Positions 9,326 to 18,059 of a stretch of 33,651 bases of DNA are shown in pieces (the first letter of the stretch is position 1; every line of letters begins with the position of its first letter). This stretch comes from an uncultured Alphaproteobacteria bacterium (lineage in GTDB: Bacteria > Pseudomonadota > Alphaproteobacteria > CAAHEQ01 > UBA3637): contig CANREI010000003.1 in NCBI GenBank assembly GCA_947629595.1, forward strand, positions 1 to 33,651. The letters are read 5' to 3'. The notes under the pieces were generated by a model that saw nothing but the letters and a program-made list of their open reading frames with translations, had not been told where the DNA came from and searched no databases. A program made the translations under genes and the position numbers.

Positions 9326-10189
9326 ATGAAAACAAAAAAAATGAAAACAAGGCTGATTGACGGTAAAAAAGCCGCCGCCGAAATTGAAAAAACTTTAAAA
9401 CAGGAAATTGCCTCTTTTTCCAAAAAGCCCGGGTTGGCCGTTATTTTAGTCGGAGATAATCCCGCCAGTTTGATTTATGTGACGCATAAGAAAAAAACGG
9501 CCGAAAGAATCGGGATTGATGCTCAAATATACCACTTATCCCCCGTTATCACGCAAGATGCGTTAATTGCGTTTATTGAAGAGTTGAATCAAAACGCATC
9601 CGTTCACGGCATTATCGTTCAATTGCCTTTACCGGCACACATCAATGAAAACGCCGTATTGGAAGCCATTTGCCCCGAAAAAGATGTTGACGGTCTTCAC
9701 CCTCAAAATTTGGGACGCTTATTTATCGGGCAACCGACACTGATTCCCTGTACACCGCTGGCGTGTTTAACGCTCCTTAAAAGCGTTTGCAAAAATCTGA
9801 CGGGAAAAACGGCCGTTGTTGTGGGTCGTTCCCGCCTGGTCGGGAAACCGACGGCACAATTATTGCTGAATGAGCAATGTACGGTGATTCAGGCACATTC
9901 GAAAACAAAGAATTTGAAAAAAATATGTCGCACGGCCGATATTATTGTTTCGGCAACGGGACACGCCGGGTTAATTCGAAAATCTTATGTGAAAAAGGGA
10001 GCCGTTTTAATTGATGTGGGAATTATTCGTCTGGCTGATAAAAAAATAACGGGAGATATGGCTTTTGATGAAATGATCGGACATGCCAAAGCCATAACGC
10101 CGGTCCCGGGCGGTGTGGGTCCGATGACCGTTATTACTTTAATGCAAAATCTGGTGACAGCCTATTATCAAAACGAAAAAAATATCTGA
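9326..10189 (+). CDS. folD: Bifunctional methylenetetrahydrofolate dehydrogenase/cyclohydrolase
   Basis: IDGK, PGLAVILVGDNPAS, GIIVQLPLP, KDVDG, PCTP, VGRSRLVGKP, ITPVPGGVGPMT; start placed at ATG 9326 (9341 also possible). Confidence 0.96.
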   Translation: MKTKKMKTRLIDGKKAAAEIEKTLKQEIASFSKKPGLAVILVGDNPASLIYVTHKKKTAERIGIDAQIYHLSPVITQDALIAFIEELNQNASVHGIIVQLPLPAHINENAVLEAICPEKDVDGLHPQNLGRLFIGQPTLIPCTPLACLTLLKSVCKNLTGKTAVVVGRSRLVGKPTAQLLLNEQCTVIQAHSKTKNLKKICRTADIIVSATGHAGLIRKSYVKKGAVLIDVGIIRLADKKITGDMAFDEMIGHAKAITPVPGGVGPMTVITLMQNLVTAYYQNEKNI

Positions 10190-10234
10190 AAAATATTCTT
10201 ATCCGATTTTTTGCGTCAATATCTAAAAAAATAC

Positions 10235-10262
10235 TTGCAATTTTTCATAAACGGTGTAAAAT
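10235..10262 (+). promoter_or_regulatory. Putative sigma70 promoter of the secreted-protein/T4SS cluster
   Basis: TTGCAA-16 bp-TAAAAT followed by a strong RBS AGGAGG at 10291. Confidence 0.5.
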
Positions 10263-10300
10263 GAGAATATAAAGGGTATTGTATTTTTTGAGGAGGGTAA

Positions 10301-11236
10301 ATGATAAAAGGATATCAATATTTATTTTTATCATTGGCAGGGTTTCTGCTTTGTTTTTTTATAACAACACCCGGTTTCGGACAGATGCTGATTTATGGTA
10401 TGGGTGTGGCTGCCGAAAGTGCCGAAGCCGCAACAGAAGATATGAAAACGGTTCGAAAACCCATTTCTTTGGTTAACCAGCAAACACAAGCTCTTGTCAG
10501 CGGTTTTACCGAACAACTCAACAGTTTAACCGAATCCATACAAGGGAATGTGATGGATACGGTTAATGAATATAAAGACAAAGCTAACGAGGCCATTACG
10601 GACAAATTTCAACAAGCAAACGACTGGATGGATAAGAAAAAACAAGCTGCCGATTCGTGGATGGAAGATCAGGCACACAGTGCCGGTGATTGGATCAGTG
10701 ATCAATTTTCTTCATCAAGTCCCGGATCGGGTTTCAGTTTAAGCAGCGGCACCATGAAAAATGTGAAAGGCGCCTTTACCGCCATGGGAAAATTAGCCGC
10801 GCCCGCAGCAGCTTTGGCTTCCGGCAATCTTATAGGCGGTTCGGCGGAATTGGGCAAAACGTTATTCTTGGGCAAAACAAATACGGAAGATAAACTGTCT
10901 TCTTACGACGCAACCTCCGTTCAAAAAAATGTGAAACAATACATACAAGATGCCACCGCAACAACCCTGGGCGATGCAACAAAAATCATTAACGTATCTG
11001 CTCAATACGACGGAAAAGACGGAACGGCCAAAGCAGCAAGTACGGCTGCCAACAAAGCCATTAACATTCGGGAAGATATTAAAAACGCAACGGAAATGGG
11101 CATTTCCATGAATGTTATGACGAATACGTTACTTTCTATGGATATTACCGATTTATCCATTCAAAGCGCTTTAATTTACGGAGAATTAAACAATATGAAA
11201 AACATGACCATCAAAGCTATGGGTTTGGGAGGATAA
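10301..11236 (+). CDS. Secreted helical protein, VirB5/TrbJ-like paralog 1
   Basis: N-terminal hydrophobic/signal segment, helical composition, C-terminal helical block resembling neighbours, position upstream of virB8; family call is inference. Confidence 0.55.
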   Translation: MIKGYQYLFLSLAGFLLCFFITTPGFGQMLIYGMGVAAESAEAATEDMKTVRKPISLVNQQTQALVSGFTEQLNSLTESIQGNVMDTVNEYKDKANEAITDKFQQANDWMDKKKQAADSWMEDQAHSAGDWISDQFSSSSPGSGFSLSSGTMKNVKGAFTAMGKLAAPAAALASGNLIGGSAELGKTLFLGKTNTEDKLSSYDATSVQKNVKQYIQDATATTLGDATKIINVSAQYDGKDGTAKAASTAANKAINIREDIKNATEMGISMNVMTNTLLSMDITDLSIQSALIYGELNNMKNMTIKAMGLGG

Positions 11237-11238
11237 TC

Positions 11239-12165
11239 ATGAAAGTGAGATTTTTCTTCCTAACTCTTTTTATGGCATTTTTTTCATTTAAAGTATCCGC
11301 ACAAGTACCGGCAATGGATCCGCATGAGTTGGCTCAATCGGCCAAAACATTATCAACCAGCGTTGAAGATTTGAACAAAGAAATTGATCAAACTCAAAAA
11401 GAAATTAAGCAATTGACGGATTTTGGCTCTCTCACATCGGGATTGATGTCGAGTATTCAAGGGTTTGCCGGTTTGCCGGGAACACTTTTAGATCAAGTTT
11501 TAGATGTAAACTTTTTGTTTCCGAAAAAAATCAGCGATGATGCCAAAGAAGCTTTACCGCAACAAACACAACAAAGTCAGGCCGATAAATTAACGGGGGG
11601 TGCCGCCAGTGCCGCAACAGGATTGTTAGGCGGAAGCAACAATGACAAACTTCCCGAAGGGGAAGAAGCCAAAAGCATTGCTAAATCTATGCAAACAGAA
11701 GACAGTGAAGGTTGTGTCGAGACCGGTTCCGATATTGCCGGCGCGGCACAAGATATCATCGGATCCGTTACCGGCGGTTCCGGAACAAAAAAATGTCCGA
11801 CCGGCACGGAAATAGCTGCCAAACGGCAACAACTCGGAAATTCAAAGCAGGCCTTTGCCCGATTTACGTTGGCAACCGGTTTGGTTAACCGAACATTGGC
11901 TTATCGTACAATCATTAACAACAAAAAAGAAACGCAGTCATCAACCGGCTCCGCCAACACCATTCGACAAGCGCATACCACTAAAACAACCGGCATTACC
12001 GCCATGGCGGATACTTACAATCGTTTACTTTTTTCACAGGCGGTCGGAAACGGATTACAAGCATTCAAAGCAATGGATCAAATTGAAGGCCGAATCAATC
12101 TCAGCATTCCGGTACCAACGGGCTCAGGTGATGCCTTGGGAACATTGAAAGGATTTATGAAATGA
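11239..12165 (+). CDS. Secreted helical protein, VirB5/TrbJ-like paralog 2
   Basis: Signal peptide then AQVPAMDPHELAQ (resembles the VirB5/TrbJ mature N-terminus, xPVxDxxNLxQ), followed by a coiled coil. Confidence 0.62.
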   Translation: MKVRFFFLTLFMAFFSFKVSAQVPAMDPHELAQSAKTLSTSVEDLNKEIDQTQKEIKQLTDFGSLTSGLMSSIQGFAGLPGTLLDQVLDVNFLFPKKISDDAKEALPQQTQQSQADKLTGGAASAATGLLGGSNNDKLPEGEEAKSIAKSMQTEDSEGCVETGSDIAGAAQDIIGSVTGGSGTKKCPTGTEIAAKRQQLGNSKQAFARFTLATGLVNRTLAYRTIINNKKETQSSTGSANTIRQAHTTKTTGITAMADTYNRLLFSQAVGNGLQAFKAMDQIEGRINLSIPVPTGSGDALGTLKGFMK

Positions 12166-12980
12166 AAAAACATCTGTTACTCTTATTGATCAGTTTGAGC
12201 ATTTCATCTTCCGCAATGGCGCAAGGATATGTCATTACCGAATGGATGAGTTTTGTGGAGCGAACATTACAACAGGTCACCGAAGATATTTCAAACATTG
12301 ATTTCGATGATATTCTGGGTACCAAAAAAGAAGAACAAAAATCGCAAGATCCTTCCGCCGACGGCAATCCTGCCGTTAATGAAAACGTCAGCAGCGTTCC
12401 GGTTTCCGAATTTCCGCCGTATGCCGATGCCAGTTTAAGAGCGGAATTATCAAAAGAAAACCCCTCCATTCCGACTGTTAACACACTGATTAAAGATTCT
12501 TTAACTTTTAAATCCAAAACAACGGAAAAAGAAGGCGATGCTTATTTAAAAAGCGGTGACTTTGAAGTGAAAGAAGGAACTTTAGGAACCGGCAACTATA
12601 AAACAAAGGCAAATATAACGGTAACGCCCGAAAAAACCGAAAACAATAAAAACACATTGGAAAAACAACAGGCACAAGCCATTGTTGTTTATGCCAATGC
12701 ACGGGCATTAGCACGGCGTACACTTGATTTAATTGATAAGGTTGAAGATGATACCCAAGTTATGACAAATGAAAAAAATCAAAAATCATCAACGGGGTCA
12801 TTATATAAAACAACGGCAGCGTCTTTAATTTTCAGAACGCACATGCTTTTAAATGAAATTGCAACGTTACGCAACAGCTATATTGAAATTTTATCCATCG
12901 ATACCATTCAAGGCGAAGAAGCAGCGCCTTCGGCAACGGATCAACTCACGGGAATGGTGAAAGGCGTACTGGGAAAATAA
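12162..12980 (+). CDS. Secreted helical protein, VirB5/TrbJ-like paralog 3
   Basis: Signal peptide (AMA/QG), shared C-terminal helical block, ATGA coupling to the previous gene. Confidence 0.55.
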   Translation: MKKHLLLLLISLSISSSAMAQGYVITEWMSFVERTLQQVTEDISNIDFDDILGTKKEEQKSQDPSADGNPAVNENVSSVPVSEFPPYADASLRAELSKENPSIPTVNTLIKDSLTFKSKTTEKEGDAYLKSGDFEVKEGTLGTGNYKTKANITVTPEKTENNKNTLEKQQAQAIVVYANARALARRTLDLIDKVEDDTQVMTNEKNQKSSTGSLYKTTAASLIFRTHMLLNEIATLRNSYIEILSIDTIQGEEAAPSATDQLTGMVKGVLGK

Positions 12981-12992
12981 GGAGAAAATAAC

Positions 12993-13805
12993 ATGAAAAA
13001 AACAGGATTTCTTTTAGGTCTTTTCTTATTTATTCCGACAATTGCCATGGCCGTTTGTCCGGCAATGACAACCAATCCGCCGCGAACCGTTAAAGGAACA
13101 ATGAAACAAGTTAAAAATTTCATTGTTGAAAAATACGAAGAGTTATCGGAAACGGCAGAAGAACAGAAAAAAGAAGCCAAGTCCGGCAATCAAGGGTGTA
13201 GCGCCAGTCCGCAAAACACGGCAGATCAATCCATAAAAATCAAAGTTTATGAATATTTGGCAGATAAAGTCATCGGACATGATGATGAAACGGAAGAATT
13301 TTTAACACCGACAAAAGACTTTACGGAAGCGCGGAAACAAGTTAAGGAAAAATTGTTTCAACCGGCGCCGCCGCAACTAACGGAAAGAGGCGAAAAATTA
13401 CAAGAATACACCGGTTTCAATACGCAAGTGGTCGGGCAAGTCGGAAATACGATTGATCAGGTGCGCGCCCTGCTTCGGCGAGATGAATATGCCAACGCCG
13501 TTGCTTCCAAAAACTTGGAAATTGCAACCGAATTACGTAAAAAAATATTGGAAGATATTTCTTCCACGCAACAAGCCGCAACAGACGGATGTAATCAATT
13601 GCAGGGATTAGTTTTGGAAAACAGAAATTTAGGTGCGTTGGTGGCCGAAACGGCTTCCGATATTACCATTCAAATTTTAACACTTGAATCTATGGCTGCC
13701 CGAAACCTGCAAAAGGAAGAAATTTCTTTGGTGCCGGTACCAAAGGTACCCAAAGCAAACAAAAACGGCGATCAAACGACAAAACTCGGCGGAATAGTAA
13801 AATGA
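12993..13805 (+). CDS. Secreted helical protein, VirB5/TrbJ-like paralog 4
   Basis: AGGAG RBS, signal peptide (AMA/VC), shared C-terminal helical block. Confidence 0.55.
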   Translation: MKKTGFLLGLFLFIPTIAMAVCPAMTTNPPRTVKGTMKQVKNFIVEKYEELSETAEEQKKEAKSGNQGCSASPQNTADQSIKIKVYEYLADKVIGHDDETEEFLTPTKDFTEARKQVKEKLFQPAPPQLTERGEKLQEYTGFNTQVVGQVGNTIDQVRALLRRDEYANAVASKNLEIATELRKKILEDISSTQQAATDGCNQLQGLVLENRNLGALVAETASDITIQILTLESMAARNLQKEEISLVPVPKVPKANKNGDQTTKLGGIVK

Positions 13806-14647
13806 AACCGAAGGAGAACAAAAAAATGAAACAAATGAAAAAAGGGCTTTTTTATGTATCGACAGCTTGTTTTCTTGTGTTTTCGAGCTTGACGGCTTAT
13901 GGCGAATGTCTTGTTTTCCCGCCGGTTTGTCCGATTGAAATGTGCGGATATCAAACACAGGATAATCCGGGCGAACAAATGCTTCAAAAAACGGTTTCCA
14001 CCTATAAACAAACCAAAAAGGTCATTAAAACCGCCCGAAAATCAATCGATCATATTGTCAGTATGGCAACTTCTTTACCGGGTACCATATCCAGTTTGGT
14101 TTTAAAAGCCATGACATGGCCGTTTAAAAAACTCGGTGACTGGTTCGGATTGACCGAAGATGCCGTTGATGAAGATACCCAAGGCATTACGCAAGATAAT
14201 TCTCATGGCGACATCAGTATCAGCGAACGGATTACCCGCGATTTAAAAGCTTATGCCACCGAACCGCAAACAGCTGTTGAAGTGAAAGAATTCAATCAAC
14301 AACGGCGGAAATATATTCGGCAGCAGGCAACCATTACGTTAATGGCGCGCGTTTTAACGCTTAAAGCAAGGCTTAACGATATTAAAGATGTTATGGAGGA
14401 AACAAAAGCACAAGTTCAAAAGAATGTGTCTGCTTCCGGCGGGGATCCGAGCAAAACATACAACGAATCTGCCTTAATTAAAACCAATTACGAATTAAGA
14501 CAAGCGTGGTTTAAATTATTGGCTATTCAACGGCATATCGAAGCCGTAAAATTGGAGTATGCCGCCAATCAGGCCATGGCGGGTATGAAAATGATTAAAA
14601 CAGTGCCGACAGTTGCCGGTAATGACAAAAACAGCAAAACAAAATAA
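13802..14647 (+). CDS. Secreted helical protein, VirB5/TrbJ-like paralog 5 (start may be ATG 13826 after AAGGAG)
   Basis: Signal peptide (AYG/EC), Cys-containing mature N-terminus, shared C-terminal helical block. Confidence 0.55.
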   Translation: MKPKENKKMKQMKKGLFYVSTACFLVFSSLTAYGECLVFPPVCPIEMCGYQTQDNPGEQMLQKTVSTYKQTKKVIKTARKSIDHIVSMATSLPGTISSLVLKAMTWPFKKLGDWFGLTEDAVDEDTQGITQDNSHGDISISERITRDLKAYATEPQTAVEVKEFNQQRRKYIRQQATITLMARVLTLKARLNDIKDVMEETKAQVQKNVSASGGDPSKTYNESALIKTNYELRQAWFKLLAIQRHIEAVKLEYAANQAMAGMKMIKTVPTVAGNDKNSKTK

Positions 14648-14656
14648 GGGGGTTAC

Positions 14657-16324
14657 ATGAAGTACTCAACACTTTTATTAACAGGATTTTCACTCTTCGG
14701 GTTTATCACGGGTCTGCCGCAAACGGCATCGGCACAGTTTTCACAGGTAGAACCGTATATTGAAGAAGCAAAACCGGTTAAACCGGTTGAAAATTACAAA
14801 AATTCAATGATTCGGGCAATGGCACTTCATAACATTCAGTTTCAAATTAACTATATGTTAAATTCACTGATTCCCTCTTTAAAAGAAGAACAAGAAAAAC
14901 GGGATTTATCCGCAGCGCAAAACAAAGCGTTAAAAGAGTGCACAATTTTATCGTTATCAAATGTTTACTCTAATGCGGAAGAAGCCTATAACAACATTCA
15001 GTCCGCATTTAACGACAAAGTGAAAACCATAACGGTTTATATTAACGAAACCGGCGATACAACGGCCGATACGGATAACGCCGAAGCCTATCCTTACTGG
15101 CGGGTTGGTCGCGAAGTATTAACAGATGTTTATGAAAATCCGGAAAAATACGGGCAAAAGAAAGCAGATTTCCCGTTGTGGACAGATCAAAAATATCTTT
15201 ACACACAAGGGGTGAATGCTATTTTATCGGATATTCATAATAAGTTTACATTGCCCGAATCAAACGGAAGAACGCAAATTCCCCAAAATAAAGCCTTTAA
15301 TGACAAATTGGCGGAATACTTAAACGCTTTTTCACAACAAAACGGTATTTTAAACACGTTGGATTATACCCAAAACAGCAAAAAATACTCCGACCTGTTA
15401 AATTATTTAAAAGAACACCCGAAATATGAAGCATTAAAACAGAATGTAATGCCTGCTTTACCGCCATTGCCGAAACCCTTACCGCCGTTCTATGAAATGA
15501 TTCAATTAACCGAAGATCCGGCACAAAGCGGCACCATTTTCCCCGAATGGCCGGCACCGTGGGCAGAATATATCCGTCGGGGGTTGGATAAACGCGCGGT
15601 CGGCGGTGAAATGGATACCTGTTTCCTGCCCAAGTCCATTACGTTACGACCCGATGTCAGAAACTGGGATAAAACAAAAATTAACAACCGTCTTTCTTTG
15701 ACAAAAGAAAAAGAGGAAGAATTAGCCAATTTCCAAGCAACCGTTGCCTCGGCACAAGAAAGTTTGTTTAAAACCGTTGACAGCATTAACCAGGCTTTAA
15801 CCGAAAACGGCTTTACGCAACAACTTGATTTGGAAAAAATCTATCTCGACAACAAGTTTGATAGAATCAGCCAACTTGATTTGGAAAACACAAACACGAC
15901 AGAAATTCAAAAAATTGTAAAAGAAGCCAAAATGGAAGCCATTCAAAAAGGGTTGACTTTGTTTAAGCAAACGCCTCAAACCGTTAATGCAAACAATCCT
16001 TCCGTTGAATTATCATTGAATATGTTGGGCGATATGGATCCTAATTCCGAAGAATATAAAGACATGATGGATAAAATGAATGCCGCTCAATCGGCTTCCG
16101 ATGAAAAGTTTTTGAATGATATGGCACAAGACAGTGACGGTATCGGCTTACAAAGCAATTTATCAACAAATGATGCCGCTCAAAATATTGAAAGCCAAGA
16201 ATCTCAATATGCTTTACAAAAAGAAACCTTTGAAGAAGCCAAAAAAGAAAGAGTTGTATTGTGGCAAACGCCTATTGATAATGAAACGTGTATTAACGGT
16301 GGCGTAGCTTCGGCAAAGCCTTAG
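14657..16324 (+). CDS. Secreted hypothetical protein (555 aa), T4SS-associated
   Basis: Signal peptide (ASA/QF), helical, Pro-rich hinge PALPPLPKPLPP, 18 bp upstream of virB8. Confidence 0.75.
   Translation: MKYSTLLLTGFSLFGFITGLPQTASAQFSQVEPYIEEAKPVKPVENYKNSMIRAMALHNIQFQINYMLNSLIPSLKEEQEKRDLSAAQNKALKECTILSLSNVYSNAEEAYNNIQSAFNDKVKTITVYINETGDTTADTDNAEAYPYWRVGREVLTDVYENPEKYGQKKADFPLWTDQKYLYTQGVNAILSDIHNKFTLPESNGRTQIPQNKAFNDKLAEYLNAFSQQNGILNTLDYTQNSKKYSDLLNYLKEHPKYEALKQNVMPALPPLPKPLPPFYEMIQLTEDPAQSGTIFPEWPAPWAEYIRRGLDKRAVGGEMDTCFLPKSITLRPDVRNWDKTKINNRLSLTKEKEEELANFQATVASAQESLFKTVDSINQALTENGFTQQLDLEKIYLDNKFDRISQLDLENTNTTEIQKIVKEAKMEAIQKGLTLFKQTPQTVNANNPSVELSLNMLGDMDPNSEEYKDMMDKMNAAQSASDEKFLNDMAQDSDGIGLQSNLSTNDAAQNIESQESQYALQKETFEEAKKERVVLWQTPIDNETCINGGVASAKP
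15821..15888 (+). repeat. 17-bp exact direct repeat within the 555-aa gene
   Basis: caacttgatttggaaaa at 15821 and 15872 (QLDLE twice, 51 bp apart). Confidence 0.7.
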
Positions 16325-16342
16325 AAAAATCGGAAAGAAAGA

Positions 16343-16984
16343 ATGTCTTTTTTCAATTTCAGTTCCCAAGGATTGATTTACGGGTTAAGTGAAAAATTAG
16401 CCAAGTTTTGGATGATTGTTACTTCAATTATCATCGGAATAAACTTGTTTTTAATTTTAACACTGCTGCAAATGGCACCGAAACTGCAAGTTGTGGCGCA
16501 GGTGTTAACATCTTCCCCGATGACGTCTGTTCAGCTGTTGCAAACGGAACCGTTTTCACAAAGCACCAGTGATAAGAAACTGATTGATGAAACCATTTTA
16601 CGTTTTTATCTTGATTCGCGCTATAATACCTTTCAAGATAAAGATGAAATGAATTATCGGTGGGGACCGAGCGGACCGGTTGCCTTTTTTTCATCACCCG
16701 CTGTTTACCGAGCATTTACCACCGGATTAAGCGATAAAATTACGGCCATTTCTCACAATAAATCTTCAACCAGTATCGATATTATTTCCGTTTCCCGCAT
16801 TGATAACATTTATACGGTTGAGTTTGATGTCTATACATATATTCGCGGGCAAGTTTCAAAAAAACGCCGAATTGCCGTTGTGGAAGTCGCTTACAGTCCG
16901 GCACGACGGTCATTTAACACCATTCATTCCAACCCGTTCGGTATGTATATTCAAAAATTCACGGAAACAATAAAAAAAGAATAA
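16343..16984 (+). CDS. virB8: Type IV secretion inner-membrane protein VirB8 (copy 1)
   Basis: Single N-terminal TM, FYLDSRY, SSPAVYRAF, terminal NPFG motif. Confidence 0.8.
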   Translation: MSFFNFSSQGLIYGLSEKLAKFWMIVTSIIIGINLFLILTLLQMAPKLQVVAQVLTSSPMTSVQLLQTEPFSQSTSDKKLIDETILRFYLDSRYNTFQDKDEMNYRWGPSGPVAFFSSPAVYRAFTTGLSDKITAISHNKSSTSIDIISVSRIDNIYTVEFDVYTYIRGQVSKKRRIAVVEVAYSPARRSFNTIHSNPFGMYIQKFTETIKKE

Positions 16985-17048
16985 TTGCAATTTTTTGCTT
17001 GATTCTTTATTTTTCTGTGCTAATGTAAAAGAGTGAAAGGAAAATTGA

Positions 17049-17225
17049 ATGAAAAAATATATTTTAACGTTTGCCGTTTTAAGTTTAATTGCGCTTGTGG
17101 CCGCCTGCGGTTCCGTTTATGAAAAAGAGCCTGTCGGAATCGGCGCAGATTATTCCGAATTGAAAAAATCACCTTGTGCCTGTTTACAAATTGAAAAAGC
17201 ACCGGTATCCGATCTGTTTTTATAA
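17049..17225 (+). CDS. virB7: VirB7-like small lipoprotein (58 aa), not in ORF track
   Basis: MKKYILTFAVLSLIALVAA/CGSVYEKEPVGIGADYSELKKSPCACLQIEKAPVSDLFL; lipobox Cys20, KSPC motif, AAGGA RBS, located between two virB8 genes. Confidence 0.8.
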   Translation: MKKYILTFAVLSLIALVAACGSVYEKEPVGIGADYSELKKSPCACLQIEKAPVSDLFL

Positions 17226-17247
17226 AACCGTATAATCGGGGATTATA

Positions 17248-17952
17248 ATGCCAAATCAGGATCAACCCATCGAGCAAAATTCTCAAATCGTCTATGAAGG
17301 CGATATTTCGGAAGAAGCCGTTACGGAACGTCGCTATTTATGGATGGCGCGAACGTTTGCGTTGGTTGCGGTTGTTTCTTTTTTAAGCACGCTGATTTTA
17401 TTGATTGCTCTTTTTTCGCTGTTACCCATTGTGCGTGTGCAACCGTTTTATTTAACAACGCTGAACAAAGAACAGCAGGTTATTCGGGTGGTGCGTCCGA
17501 ATTTTAATAATATCAATATGCAAATGTTAAGCGAATCGCTGATTCGGCAATATTTGTTGGCGCGAATGACGGTTAATTCCAATATTTCCGAAATGGAACA
17601 ACGTTGGGGCATTGACGGCATTATTAACTGGATGAGTTCACCTGTTGTGTTCGAAGAATTCGGTCGAACGGCAGAAGCCGCACTGAATCAGGCACGAAAC
17701 GACGGATTAACTCGTGCCGTTAAAATTTTGAACATTACACCCTACCGAACGGAAAAAAACGGAACGGCCATTTGGCGGGCGGAAATTGAATTAACCGATT
17801 TAAAATACGGTGATTCCGAACCCGTGCGCTCTTTATGGCAAATTACATTGCGTATTCGTTTCAAACCGACTCGGCAGGGGTTAAAATGGGAACAACGGCT
17901 TAAAAATCCGCTCGGATTTACGGTTGAAAATTTCGGTATTCAACGAAAATAA
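17248..17952 (+). CDS. virB8: Type IV secretion inner-membrane protein VirB8 (copy 2)
   Basis: TM followed by LLPIVRVQPF, IRQYLLAR, MSSPVVFEEF, KNPLGFTV. Confidence 0.88.
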   Translation: MPNQDQPIEQNSQIVYEGDISEEAVTERRYLWMARTFALVAVVSFLSTLILLIALFSLLPIVRVQPFYLTTLNKEQQVIRVVRPNFNNINMQMLSESLIRQYLLARMTVNSNISEMEQRWGIDGIINWMSSPVVFEEFGRTAEAALNQARNDGLTRAVKILNITPYRTEKNGTAIWRAEIELTDLKYGDSEPVRSLWQITLRIRFKPTRQGLKWEQRLKNPLGFTVENFGIQRK

Positions 17953-18059
17953 GTGCTTTACATAAAAAAATAACGGCAAATTGCATTTTTTTCTAGACTT
18001 TTCATCTCATTTTGGTCTATTTTATATACAGGATTGTAATTTTTACGAGGAGAAGGCTT

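Noticed and set aside
17020-17286. 88-aa minus-strand ORF between the virB8 genes
   Set aside because: Shadow of the plus-strand lipoprotein at 17049-17225
18012-18059. Longer TTG start for virB9 given in the ORF track
   Set aside because: ATG 18060 follows a GAGGAG RBS and yields a proper signal peptide
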